Shown here piece by piece: positions 22,143 to 34,706 of a stretch of DNA of 64,000 nucleotides (its first letter is position 1; each line of letters opens with the position of its first letter). A program made the translations under genes and the position numbers. This DNA is from Paraspadella gotoi (lineage: Eukaryota; Animalia; Chaetognatha). Location of the stretch: assembly GCA_051294375.1 (NCBI GenBank), contig CM119270.1, forward strand, positions 9,549,530-9,613,529. The letters run 5' to 3'. The notes beneath the pieces are model-generated. The model worked only from the letters and a program-made list of their open reading frames with translations, was not told the origin of the DNA and ran no database searches.

Positions 22143-25100
22143 GGATCAGGAAAATTATTTAGGAATTAAAGAATGCAAACAAAACAAATACGTTAACACC
22201 ATAACCACCGCGAGACGGCATCGGCATTCCCTCCTTATCTCAACAAGGAACAATTGGATTCACCGAGCGGTCGGAAGTTCCTCTCCCCCCCCCCATTCAC
22301 TGCGATCCGGTCGTCATCCGCCGACCTATTTTTAATGGAGCCGCTCCGTCGCCCCGGCGATGGGATTTTGACGGTGACCCCGGAGAGTTTTTTTGATCTG
22401 TCTCTCCATCGGGTCCGTTATCCTTGGGATCAATGGGAAATGAGGGAATATGAATGGAGATTTGGGAAAGAGGTCAGAAGACAAGATTGGGGGGACGAGG
22501 GGGGCGTGGGAGGACATTCGAATGCGGAGAACAGAGACGGAGACACTTTTATTTCGGTTCTCACATTTATTTCCTTTTTTTTTTATTCTTGATTTTTTTT
22601 GCTATCTTTCCTTCTTTTTTCTTTTTTTTTACTGTCTTTTTTTCAAATTCCCCTGTATCTGTTCAATTTGAATAAGTTAGCATTTCAAACCATCAGACTA
22701 GGAATAAAGCACTACCATGTTGATTAAAGATTAAAGATTAAAGTCCCAATTTATAATTACCGCGGGTTTCCCTATTCAAACTTCCTCAAAACCGATCTTA
22801 TCCGTTCTCATGCAAAAAGAGCCAATTTCCTCCTTCCTTCCTTCTTCCTTCCTTCCTTCCTTCTTTACCTTTTCTTAAATTCCGCTCGGTTTGCCCTTTT
22901 ACTTCCCTTTTGCTCTCCTTTCTTTCCCATTTACTCAACCGTAATACCAACTCACCTTTTCAGCCTAACCTTTTCCTTCCTCAGCTCCTCTCCACTCCCG
23001 CCAACGAGTCCCACTTCCAAAGTCCCGCCAGCGATTCCAACTTTTCTTTCAACGAGTCGTCCAACGACTTCTCACCCGCCCACGCCCGATCCCCCGAAGG
23101 GTCCCACTCGAACTCACCCGACCACACCCTCCTCTTTCCATCGACCACACCCTCTCACGCCTCCTCGCCCTTCGACCACAACTATGCGGGATCCGAGGAC
23201 GGGCGACGCTCGCCCAACTCTCTCGTCCATGACCAGGCGCCGCCAATCTTCGAGGCGGTGGACTCTTCCGGCGACGAGACTGACTGCGGCGTTGACGCCT
23301 CCGCGGGATTCCCCCAGCGGCTCGTCGACGGTGAGGTCTTCCTCCTTGAGGATCTGGCAGCGACGGAAGTCGTCCTCACCTCCGGTGATCAGACCCTCGA
23401 GATCCCCAGCCCCGCCGCAGCCTCCGCATCCCCCATTTTCGTCAAAATAGTCTCCCCTCCTTCGTGCACCCCCAATGCCTCGTCCAGTCCAGCGGTCGGC
23501 TATAGACTTGAAACGCCGACCGCGACGCCCTCGTCCACGAAACTCTCTCGGGGCGGCGTCGGCGGCGTCCGCTCCGGCTCTAAGCGATCCTTCATCACGG
23601 TGAAGACGAGACCTCCGGGATCATCGTCGTCGTCGTCTTCGTCAGGCCGCTCGGGCGAAATCGCCGAAGAGCTCCGCTTCAACGGAGAGAAGCGGCTGCA
23701 AAACTATTCGAGGAAGGCGGGCACCTCGCGGGGCGGGCCCAGCCATCGCCAGCAGCGGCAGCAACAGCGGCCCTTCGCCCGCAAGGTCGAGAGACCGGAC
23801 GCTTCCAAGTTTCCCCGACTGGAGTTGACCGACGAGGAGCGTCGATTACTGGAGCAAGAGGGCATCACGCTGCCGGAGCGGCTGCCGCTGACTAAACAAG
23901 AGGAGCGCTCACTTAAGGTTAGTCAATTGATCTGTTTTAATGGATAGAATTTTAATTATATTCGGCCGATATAGCCATGTAATTCTGATGATTTAAAATT
24001 AAATTCTATATCTAAATTCTAAATTTAAATCTATATTTTAATTCTAAATTTAAATATAAAATTATATTCTACTTTCAAATTTAAATTCTAAATTTAATTC
24101 TAAATATAAAGTCTAAAATCTAAATTTAAATCTAAATTAAATCTAAATTCAAATTAAAGGGCATCCGAAGAAAAATCCGCAACAAACAATCGGCGCTGGC
24201 GTCGAGACAAAAGAAGAAGACTTACGTGGACAACCTCGAGTCGCGCGTCAAATCCTCCTCCGAGGAGAACCAGCGCCTGTTGACGCGAGTGGCGCAGCTG
24301 GAGGCGCAAAACGGTTGCCTGCTCACACAATTGAAGCGACTCCAAGCGGCCATGCGCAACGCCAACAAGCCCGTCCACGCCTCGACCTGCGTTATGGTCC
24401 TGCTGTTGTCCTTCGCGCTCCTGTTATTCCCCAACCTCTCGCCGCTGGAGAAGAGTCTCCCGGAGGAGTTCAAGGAGATGCTGAAGCAGCAGACTATGGA
24501 GGATCAACCGGCAGTCGGGCCGGAAGGTAAGACGGCCGTGTCTACGGCCGCCCTGCCCGGCGCGCGCAGTCTTTTGTCCGCCGTTGCGTCGGGCAAGACC
24601 ATCGAGAATCAACTGCCCGCGGATTTGGAGAGGATGCTGGCTGGAGCCAGAAAGGTTGTGGAGGCCGGAGCGGCGGAGGTACCGAAGAAAGAAGGCGAGC
24701 GGGCCGTCCACGACAGTCTCTTGGCATTGGGGTCGGCAGGATACATCATCGGTGAGGGCAATGATTGATATATTGATTTATTGATTTATTGGAATGTCAT
24801 AGTTGATTTATTGATTAATCGTTTACTCATTAGTTGAGAAATGGTTGATTTGAATGTATTGATTTACCGATTGCTTTATCAATTGATTGATTGATTAATC
24901 CCCCCTAGACGAAGACGTCGACGACGACGTTGGCCCGCCCGGAAAACGGCGCCGACTCGACTCCGTCCACCTCAACAACGACAACAAAAACAACAACGAG
25001 ACTCGCGACGTGGAATTCGTCGACGTCAAACCGGAAGTGGAGGCGCTCGATCTCCTCGTCCGTAACAACGCAAAGAAGTTGGGGGTGAAGACTTACGAGA

Positions 25101-25180
25101 CGGGAGGATACGAGACTCGGAAGGGGTCGTCGCGTCGACTGCTGACCACGACGACCGAAACCAACATCATCGATTTCTGA
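21792..25180 (+). CDS. CREB3: Membrane-tethered CREB3/Luman/CREB-H family bZIP transcription factor
   Basis: Exons 21792-22065 (DDIFNLLFDGGDG, LLxLLFD-like), possible cassette 22248-22412, 22985-23917 (DHNY HCF-binding-type motif; ATB domain LELTDEERRLLEQEGITLPERLPLTKQEERSLK), 24160-24751 (IRRKIRNKQSALASRQKKK basic region, zipper, TM STCVMVLLLSFALLLFP, S1P-like RSLL), 24909-25180 (…NIIDF stop). Exon 1 shows a one-base phase conflict (see findings). The symbol denotes the family, not a specific paralogue. Confidence 0.92.
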
Positions 25181-26221
25181 AGAGCGACTTGGGATTGATG
25201 AGGAGTGGAGAGACGTTGGGGGTTATGGGTGTTTTGCTGGGGAAGGAGTTTTCAAATATTTACGGAATTTTCGATAAAAAAAAAAGAAAGATACACTTGT
25301 TTGTTTAAACCAAGTCACTTAATCTTAAACAAACGAGCAGTTTTTTTCCTGCTAATTTTTTCAGTTTTAATTTAGACCGAAAACTCTCCCTTACATCCGT
25401 AACCAAGCAACGGCGCACGCACAATATTCAATTCTTTTCAGTTAAATCTTTTCGCGTTTTCTTTTAACCAACCAAAGGATCTAGAAATTCGAGGATAAAC
25501 AGAGGGTTGGATTTTTTTCTTCGTTATATTTACTTTCACTCTCCTTTTTTTTCTCGCTTTTATAAACCTTCGTAGAAAAACAAACAAAGTTGAGATGGAA
25601 ACTGAAAATTGACAGAAAACGGTGCTGATCGTAGTAGTTTTGTCTATTTATAACTGTTGATAGCGAATAACTCCATTTGTAGTATTAGTGAATCTTGAAA
25701 TCATATTTTTTATTTGATATCTTTCTTTTATTTTAGTATTAGCGGCTTTTTAATTCATGTTTTTCTTTCCATTTTTTTTTATTTCCGTGCTATTGTGCCC
25801 CTTGTCGTCACCATTTGTGCCCGAGACGAATGACGTATGACTGATATCGTGCTTGAGTAAATTTCGCCCGGATGGTTGGTTTTTCTTCCAATCTTCCCCT
25901 TCTGCGTTTGCCTTATAATCTATATAACCTATAAAGACTCTTTCGCGTTCGAAATGTATAAGAATAGTGTTACCTTGAGTCCTTCATCGCCAAACAGTGA
26001 AACATACAATCCAATTGATGCTTCGGTCGACAAAATTCGACCCTCGGCGACGGCGTTGACATTTTATTATTCGTTCATTTGTAATTAGGAATTTCAGAAA
26101 TTGTGAAAATTTCGGAAATTTCTAATATTCGGAATTCCGACATCAGGAAATCTCGAAGATCCTCTTCCCTTTCACTCTCCCATTGTCGCCCATCTTGTCG
26201 TCGCTACAATTCTGGGTTGGC

Positions 26222-26312
<91 letters not shown>

Positions 26313-27687
26313 CTTAGCCGGAAAAGCGCTTGCGTAGTCAATAAGCTTTTTCCCAGAGCGTGGCCGGATGGGAACCTTTGGCGCCCCATAGGCGTAAAGG
26401 GTTATTGTCCCTGACAATTCTAGTCCATAAAAATTGTCAATCAAATAACATGTGATCTTATTTTCGTTGTGTGCCACTTTTATGTTGTTCTCGTCCTTGT
26501 TTTGTTTTTCTTTTTGTATATAACGATGTTGCAATATGGAAAACTTTTCCTAACTTTTTTTATCACAGATCTGACTTGTTAGTTTTTCGTTTATTTTTCT
26601 CGTTGTGCTGTCGTTCAGTTCCATCGACGCTTCACTCAATTTTTTTAAAAATTCGCATCAAAATTACAAATTTAATTTCGCACATTTTTTCATTCATTTA
26701 ATGATTTCAATAATCGCTTAATATTTGTTCACAGAACCATGCATTTTAATTGTATTCTATGGGGAACTTACCGAATGTATATATCAATAAATGACAGATT
26801 CACAGAAAAATCCTTTTTATTACATCTAAAGATTAATTTTTGGAAACAGTTAAAACAAAGAACGTAGTGATTTTCGCTAAAGTAGCAAAGAAAAAAAAAT
26901 TAAACTCCGACTGGCTTAACTTGAGAATCGGAGACTAATATGAATTATTAGATATAAGGATAAGAAAAAATTTAAAAAAACAATATATATATAATGAAAC
27001 AATATTTCATATTATTTTATATGTGTGATATCTACTAGAAAACTAGGACTTGTGTTGTATAGATACTTCTTCTATTTCCAGAAGACAACACTGACTTCCC
27101 CTTCCCAAAATGAGTTATTAGATATAATGATAAGTAAAAAATTTTAAGAAAGCAATACATGTATAATTTGCAAATTTTCATAATATAGCTTTTGAAATTG
27201 AAAATAGTAAATCTGCAATTTTTTATAAGATATAAAGTAAACATTGCATAGTAAGACAAAAAAAGAGTTAAATGACTTCAGAATATGATTTTGCTGTTCT
27301 CGATAATTCTGATCTGAGACGGTGGGAAGTAAAGAAATAAATCATTAATAAAAAATAAATAAATGATAATAAATCATTAATCCGATCAGGGAACTAATAA
27401 GGGAATCTTATAAAAAAATTGTCATTTTCGTACTCAAAATTTATTGAAAAAATGGAAGATTACTTGATTTTTCCGATATTAACCTTATCTTATTGACTTT
27501 TAATGTCTCCCGTTCTTCGACCTCTACTCTTTCTCGTCTTTCGACTTTCCAAAAAAGTTTTCGACATAATTTTATCTTCAAATTTTACTGGGTTTAACTG
27601 AGCCCCCCGAACTGATGCTATTTCTTACCAAAATTCTCTCCAAATTTCAAACTGAAATTAAATTTTTTTTGATTATTTTGTAGGCAA

Positions 27688-30573
27688 CTATTCCGTTTTT
27701 TGGACCGAATTCCAAAGTTGCATCTCTCCTCCGACGTTAGCTTGGATTTTGCACCTAGAGAAGAAAAAAATTGCTGAATGACAACTTTTTTTCTTTTTAT
27801 CTCTTCATTTGAGGAAAGGTTGAGAAACAGATTTTTTGTGGGACGTAAATGTCCCGTTGACTTTTGACTTTTATCAAACCACGTGGTAAATTGTTGAGAA
27901 GGTGTCCTCTAAATCCTCCGTGTCATACAAACCCGAACTTTCCCCCTTAAACTTTACCATTTATAAATGAAAAAATCTTGATCCTTGCCTGAGCCATTTC
28001 CACGTGTTAAGGATTTTGTAATTGTCGCAAATCAGGTTTCTGACGATGAGGTTTTGAAGACGAGCTGGAAATCGAAAATTATTTCGTGTCAAAGTCCAGG
28101 ACTGAAACTGGAAAACGCTTTTTTAATGTCATTTGAAATTGATTTTTTAGAGAAAAGTTGAATGTTCTCATTTTTTAATATAATAAATAGGAAATAGAAA
28201 GTTACATATTTATAATTCTATTTGGTCCGATAATACTTGACTTTTTTTCCATATTTTTTGCAGCTAACGCTCGAACGAAAAATCTTTTTTTCCCTCCAAA
28301 AGTTTGATAATCCTAGATCCGTTAGTTCTTGGTTCTTTTCTCCTTCACTTCCTCCAACTTGCTAATTCCTCCTTCCAAGTACTTCCCACCTTGCCTCTGC
28401 TTTCTTCCTGCTATTTCCTACTTCCTCCTTCCTTAGCCAAGTATAACCTTCCTCTCTACGCACCTAACATCGGCTCAACGGTGATGGAAGCCTTATCCAG
28501 AACGTTAGGCCCACTGGCGTTACGCCACTCGGCCGGGGTCACCGACGCGGTTCCGTTCTCCTGCCGGCGCCGACGTCCGACCCTCAGCGGCGTCAGCGGG
28601 AGAAAATCCGAAATGCTGATCGCCGGCGTCGTTGACGTAAATGTGGCCGTCGCCGTCGTCATCTCAGCATCGTACGAGGCGACGTTTGTCCAACGACGTT
28701 TATCGGCCAATGACGATGACGGATCGAGATTAGGAGACTCCATCTCATTCTTATTCTTAAGGTGATTTTCCCCTCCATCGTGATAATCTTTGAGAGGTTT
28801 CACGTTGTGGTTGTGATCTTTCTCTTCGCTCGTGTGAATATGATTTCCTCCCTCTCTTCTAATGACTTCACTTTTCTCTAACTTCATCCCTTTCTTTCTC
28901 AAGTGATTTTTTCCTCCCTCGTGGAACTGGTCCAAGTGATTCGAGTCGTGGTTGTGATCAGCTTCCGCGCTCGTGTGATTGTGATTCTCGGATTTTCCGT
29001 GAATCTCTGCCCCTTCCAATTCCACCATCCTCTCCGCTCTCTTGGCAACTGGAATTTCAGAATCAATTCGATTGTGGAATTTGTGGAATTTCCATTGACC
29101 TCCACTCCACTTGTCCCAGTGGTCTCGGTGCCATTTGTCCCCGCATCCAATAGGACGCCCATTCCAATAACCATTTTTCTGATCCATTCTGAGACGATGC
29201 TCGATCAACTCTTTCCGTCGTCGATGCTTCTTAGCAAGATATAACTTATACCAATTCCGTCGACACTCCTGTTCCCACACTCGCCGGCTTTCTAAATTCT
29301 CTCTTTCGGCGTTGTTGTTTTGTTTCCACTGCCATTCTGGATACGTCTGCAGCGACGCCTCTCGGCCTTTGTCGCCGATGCTCTTCTGTTGCGTACGATT
29401 TCTCATCCAAAAATGAAACAGTTCGTTGGAAACGTTGAAAGGTGTGCTCCGTTTGGGCCGTAATTGTCTTAGTAGGGATTCGTTTCGTGGATAATGCAGG
29501 GTATCTCTAGATTGCGCCGTTTCGTTTTTGCTGTCGATGTTTGGTTCATCGTTGTGGATGTCAAAAAAGTTGTAAGGCCAAACGTAGGTAAAATCATAAG
29601 ACTTGTCCGACCTGAAAAGTGATGACAATCGATAAAACAATAATCAATCAATTAATCAATCGAATCAAACAATCAATTAAACAGTAATATTATAATCAAC
29701 CAATTAATCTATTAATAAATCGAATGAAATTATCAATCAATCAATCAATCAATCAATCAATGATTACGCAAGACAATGCGAACTAAAATACCCCCAGCTA
29801 GCAGGACCTGATCCATTTATGGTGAGCGTCATTTTTCCAGTGAAGTCCCGAATACACCTTTTTCACAAATGCGCCATTCCCACTCTGAAGAGCGCTCTCA
29901 CTCGAATTTGGTAACCCGAAAATAGTTACAGGCGCCGCGATGACGGCGTCGCTCGGCGTGGTTTCGAACGTGGAGGCTTCCGTAACGTTCGAAGCGACGC
30001 TGTTATCGTCGGACGTTGGTATTTTTTTTAATTTCCCCTTATTTCTGGGAAAGGTTAAACTTCGTCAACGTCGTCTTTAAATGAAAAAACTGAAACTATT
30101 GATTACTTGCCCAATGGACTCTAACGCGGATAAGTTTCTTCTGTCTCGCTTGTGCGGCTCACCTGCGGCAAGATCATACGAATATGCAAAATAATTTATA
30201 CACACATTTACGGTAAACAATAGAACCTTGTCTGTGAAGGTGATGCTGTTCCCACTGTTGATGCTGTAGCAAATGCTGCCGTAATTCGTCTTTGGAGACG
30301 GGAAGAACATTAGGTCCGTCGAAAGAAACCCAAAGATTATCAATGCCTGAGGTTAAGAAATAAAAATTTGGGGTTTACTGGTCCTATTCATCGATCAAGC
30401 ATATTAATCCAATTTTGCTTCAAACTGCCTGAATTTGAAAAAGTTAAGTTTTGCGGGATTGCATCGGACGTGGCGGTGGTGGCGGTGGTGACGTTGTTAT
30501 TAGACTTCGCGGTTATGAACCCGAAGCGATAGAGGAAGAGAAAAAATGTTGCAATCCAATATATTAAAATCAT
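27688..30573 (-). CDS. Orphan secreted precursor-like protein (signal peptide, Trp/His-rich, basic cleavage sites)
   Basis: Phase-consistent exons 30573-30429 (or 30426), 30346-30227, 30162-30111, 30044-29808, 29611-28464 (inside the 394-aa ORF), 28064-27989, 27754-27688; alternative stop at 27961. Hydrophobic N-terminus MILIYWIATFFLFLYRFGFITA; no family recognised. Confidence 0.7.
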
Positions 30574-31680
30574 TTTTCTGTTAAGTACGTACTATTGAGT
30601 CTCAGTTTATGTTTTCGGTGTGCGAACAATTCTGAACGGGATCGTGTTTACATTTTCTTTAATCGTAAATTCTGCTTTCTTTGAAGTTACGCCGCTTCCG
30701 CTTGTTCTGTTTATTTTATTAATCAATCAAATCAACGTAAACAAATTGAAGCATTAAATTCTGTTGTGTCTCATTTTCACTGAAATGAAATCAAATGTGA
30801 GAAATCACATCCTTTCCTTTATAAATAACTCAATCTTTTGGGACGAGTGCAATCAATCAGCCAGAAAGCTTTTCTTTTGCACGGATCAAATTTCTTTTAG
30901 CGGTCTTCTTTCTGAATGCGCTACTAAATTTTCGTATCAAAGCATCAACCATAAATCTTTTTTTTTAAGTCCTTCAGCCAAAAAAATTGTCTTGTCTTTT
31001 TTTTCTGACAAAATCAAACTGAAATTTTTTTAATCCGATTTTAGGTCAATTTTGTTGGTTTGAAGAATTAATAAAAATGCGAAAAAGACAAAACTGACAA
31101 AACCATGCTAAACTGGAACAACCTGAATGAGATAAGCTTCATCCATGTTTTATGTTTCAAAGCGAAGAAGAAAATCAAATTAAGTTATTAGAATTTAAGC
31201 ATTAAGTAAATTTTTAGCTACTACTCATAATTATCATGATCATCCTTTACTCATCCATACTTATTACCATCAGCGAATTTCTCCTATTACGCGCAACATC
31301 ATTATCTTCCGCATCTTCCCCATCACCATTATTATCATCATCACCATCATCGAAGGCGAGCAAAAACCATTTCAGCGCCTGATCATCCTCTTTTTTTCCT
31401 TCGCCTTTCAACATCTAAAGTCTTCTGCTGTTTTACGTTTAAGTTTAAACGTCGAAAAAAAATATCCGACGACGACGACGACAAACAAGGATACGAGAAA
31501 AACGTCAAGGACGACAACAACGACCCTCTATTCAAAATTCAAAACAGCATCTGAAAACACTCGAAAACATCAACGGTGCAAAATGCGGCATCCTACGATA
31601 AAAAAAGATAAAACATCGATGATTTAAATTTATAATAAACGAAAAAAAAAAAAGAAAACAAGAAACAACCGTTTTTGAAT

Positions 31681-32227
31681 ATGGCCCAAGATAGAGGGAT
31701 TTGCATCGCCGTTTTCGTCAGCGCCATGGTCATTATCTTGGGAGTTTTGTCCACTCTCGTATTGAGTGAGTACCGAGTATGGATTCTCCTGACACTTTCT
31801 TCATTATTTGGACACATGTTATACGTAAAAAAGGAAATAATTATAAATTTCTACCAATATCATAGCAGAAAAGCTTGTCTTCTAGCATACCACACATAGG
31901 AAAGTAATAAGTATGACAAAAAAAATTTCGCCACGTTTATCGCCAGTTTGGATGGACGACTGTAGCTATTACGACGCCTGCCAAAACAACGCCACCTGTC
32001 TCGACGGATTCGTGGATTACACCTGCATCTGTTTGCCCGAATGGCAAGGAAGAACATGTAAGGAGAGAGCGAATTATTAGGGGGGAAATCAATCAATAAT
32101 CATCTTTTGAAAATAAGGCGAATTGAGTTAAATGAACGAAACATTTAATTATTGAATTATTTTATATTTGTGTAGTTGGTTATGGTTCTTTGCATTTCTT
32201 TGTTCAGGCGAAGATCCAGTAGAATGA
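31681..32227 (+). CDS. 71-aa protein: N-terminal hydrophobic anchor/signal + one Notch-like EGF domain
   Basis: Exons 31681-31765, 31947-32057, 32208-32227 (both introns phase 1, gtgagt and gtaagg donors) give MAQDRGICIAVFVSAMVIILGVLSTLVLIWMDDCSYYDACQNNATCLDGFVDYTCICLPEWQGRTCEDPVE stop, with six EGF cysteines. Confidence 0.82.
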
Positions 32228-32561
32228 TGTGCCTAATCGATTTCATCGCCTTCCGTTGCAATCATCTTTTTTACAAGCAATGAAGGAGACAAGATACTAT
32301 GAAATTTTTTTTTAATTTGTTATGACTGATTAAACCTTTTGCAATGAAAAAATGCATTTCATTCCTGAGAAACAAGAATGGGAAGAGATAGTCTGAAATG
32401 AAAAAGCGTTCACCTTATTAAATAAAATCGGCACGACTAAGTTTTTTAGTTAAAATGCGGACGTAGCACGAGATCCACGTCTTAGGAAATAGGAAAATTC
32501 ATCAGTATAGGATTCTCCTTGGTCTGCACCTTTGTTTATTTGTTTTAATAACGCCCGGAAG

Positions 32562-34706
32562 ATGCCGTACACGTTCCAACTGCCTGAGCCGGCGCACGTG
32601 CCCGGGTACACAGGTCACGTGGCCGGTTTAGAGAACCAGTTCGGGAGGTCATTCGGTCAAGCGACGCACGACGCCTTGGTGGACCTCGACACGCCCGGTT
32701 CAGGCAGGACCGTACTAACCGACTATGAGAAAGAGGCGAGTTAATTCTACCAGATGGACGCTCCGGTTAATTTTAGCGACAAAAAAACCATATACGTGCG
32801 GACTACGCCGTCGCTATGGATTTAGACTTCCAATTTGCGCTATTCAATATGAAGAATCTTTTTTTTTTTGTTCCACTGTATTTTTTTCCCGCTGTATTCT
32901 TTTTTTTTTAAATTTAGTAATTTTTTAGGGTTACGATGTGGCGGAGTTCGAACGCAAGTATAAGCAGGTGGCTTACCGTACGGCCTCTTGGGGAGATCAG
33001 AAACTCAAGGAAAACATGGTGGTGGGATACACTGGCGTCGTGCCAAGATTGCGTAATCATCCCGGGAGAGCGTATCCCGAATCTTGCGTCAAAGCTATCT
33101 CTGAGTTTATGGTGAGGTTTTGCAATTATTCCATAAGTACCAACAAACTCTTGCCACGAGCCGATGACAAAGCTATTTTCCAAAGCTAATTTGTTATTTT
33201 GCTTAAGTTATATCCATTTCCTTTTTAATAAAAATATAAAGCCAGTATTTTTGTTCATTAAGCTGCATATCACGTGTCCCATAAGGACATACTACACTCT
33301 CTTCTAACCCATGTCGGGAAGAAACTTTCGTGGATTCGTTCATCGTTCATCAGATGAATAAATGTTCGATCGTAAATGAATCCACTGATGTATAAAAGCC
33401 AATGAATGAATCCACGAAAGTTTCTTCCCGACACCCACATTACCCCACTTCCCAAAATTTTTACGCAGGACGACCAAGAATACCATCGCAAGAAGTTCGC
33501 CGCGCTGGACGAGGAGATGAAGAAGCAAATCCCGCTGAAGCAGGTCGCGCCCGACATGGAGCCATACGACTCTCCGCAAATGAAGACGCAGCATTGGAGA
33601 AGGCCTTTCTATATGGAGAACAACGAATCTATGAAGGTTGGCTTTATTGCCTTTTTCGGACAAGCTACATCACTCATAGTATTACAAACTAAAAAGTTAA
33701 AAACCAGGAAGCTTTCTATCAGGATGTTCACAAAGACGAGTAGTGCTCAGCTTTCTTATAAATATAATGACGTTATACAATATAATTAGTTTTTTTTAAA
33801 CAATTTTAAGCCACCGCTCTCTAAACAATTATGAAAGACCGGAATTAGTTTTGACCCTTTTAACACCCCTCTCCGTCCCCTCACCCAGTTCCAAATCTCG
33901 GGCTACGCCGGCTTCGTCCCCTGCACCCGTGACCTTCCCGGCGTCAACTTCCCAGTTGGTACCCATGTGGGTCTCAACAAGTTCCACGACCGCTTAAAGG
34001 AACACGACGGGCTGCGTGGAACGCCGGTGGACCTCAACAAGCCCGAAGTCGTAACTGTGCACACGAGGAAGATTTTCAGAGAGAACTCCGGGACGGTGTT
34101 CGGGTGAGACAAATAAATAAGTTCAAATTTTTACAATAGTTATAAGAGAGCGATCAAGTTAGCTTTAGAAATAAAAAGTCGGTAAATTTTCAAATAAAGA
34201 AACTTTCACTACCCGCTTCCCCCTTCTCACATCCCAGTTACTCCGGAACGGTGCCGGGCAATCTCTATCGATTCGGTCATCAGTACGGGCACGCCACGTG
34301 GGGCGCAAGGCCACGCGTGCCCGTCTTACTGGGTCCCAACGGCGAAGACCCAGAGGCCCGGCCACCCGGTTCGCCTTGCATCGACATGCCCATCGGGGGT
34401 CGGCAGGTGGACAAGTCGGGCAAGGACGGGGACAATTGCGTCAAAGTGGAGAAGAAAGCGGGCGGAGACGGAAAAGCGAAGAAAGAGTCGGAAGGACGCG
34501 TTCGCGAGGAGCCGGTCGAGGGTCGACTCTGGCAGTTGGGCGACGACCCTTATTGCGTGAAGAGGAAACCAACGGCGAGCCTCAAGTGGGGAATAGATTT
34601 GAAAACGGGGGGTATGGAAAAAGGAGCAGATGGGAAGAAGAAGGGGGGAGAGGGTAAGAAGGCAGGAGAGGGAGACAAAAAGACGGGGGAGGAGAAGAAA
34701 AAGTGA
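32562..34706 (+). CDS. FAM166: FAM166/CIMIP2-family ciliary microtubule inner protein
   Basis: Exons 32562-32735 (GC donor), 32929-33111, 33469-33636, 33889-34103, 34238-34706; four PGY-G-type repeats (VPGYTGHV…FGRSFGQAT, VVGYTGVVP, ISGYAGFVP, FGYSGTVPG…FGHQYGHAT). Confidence 0.85.
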
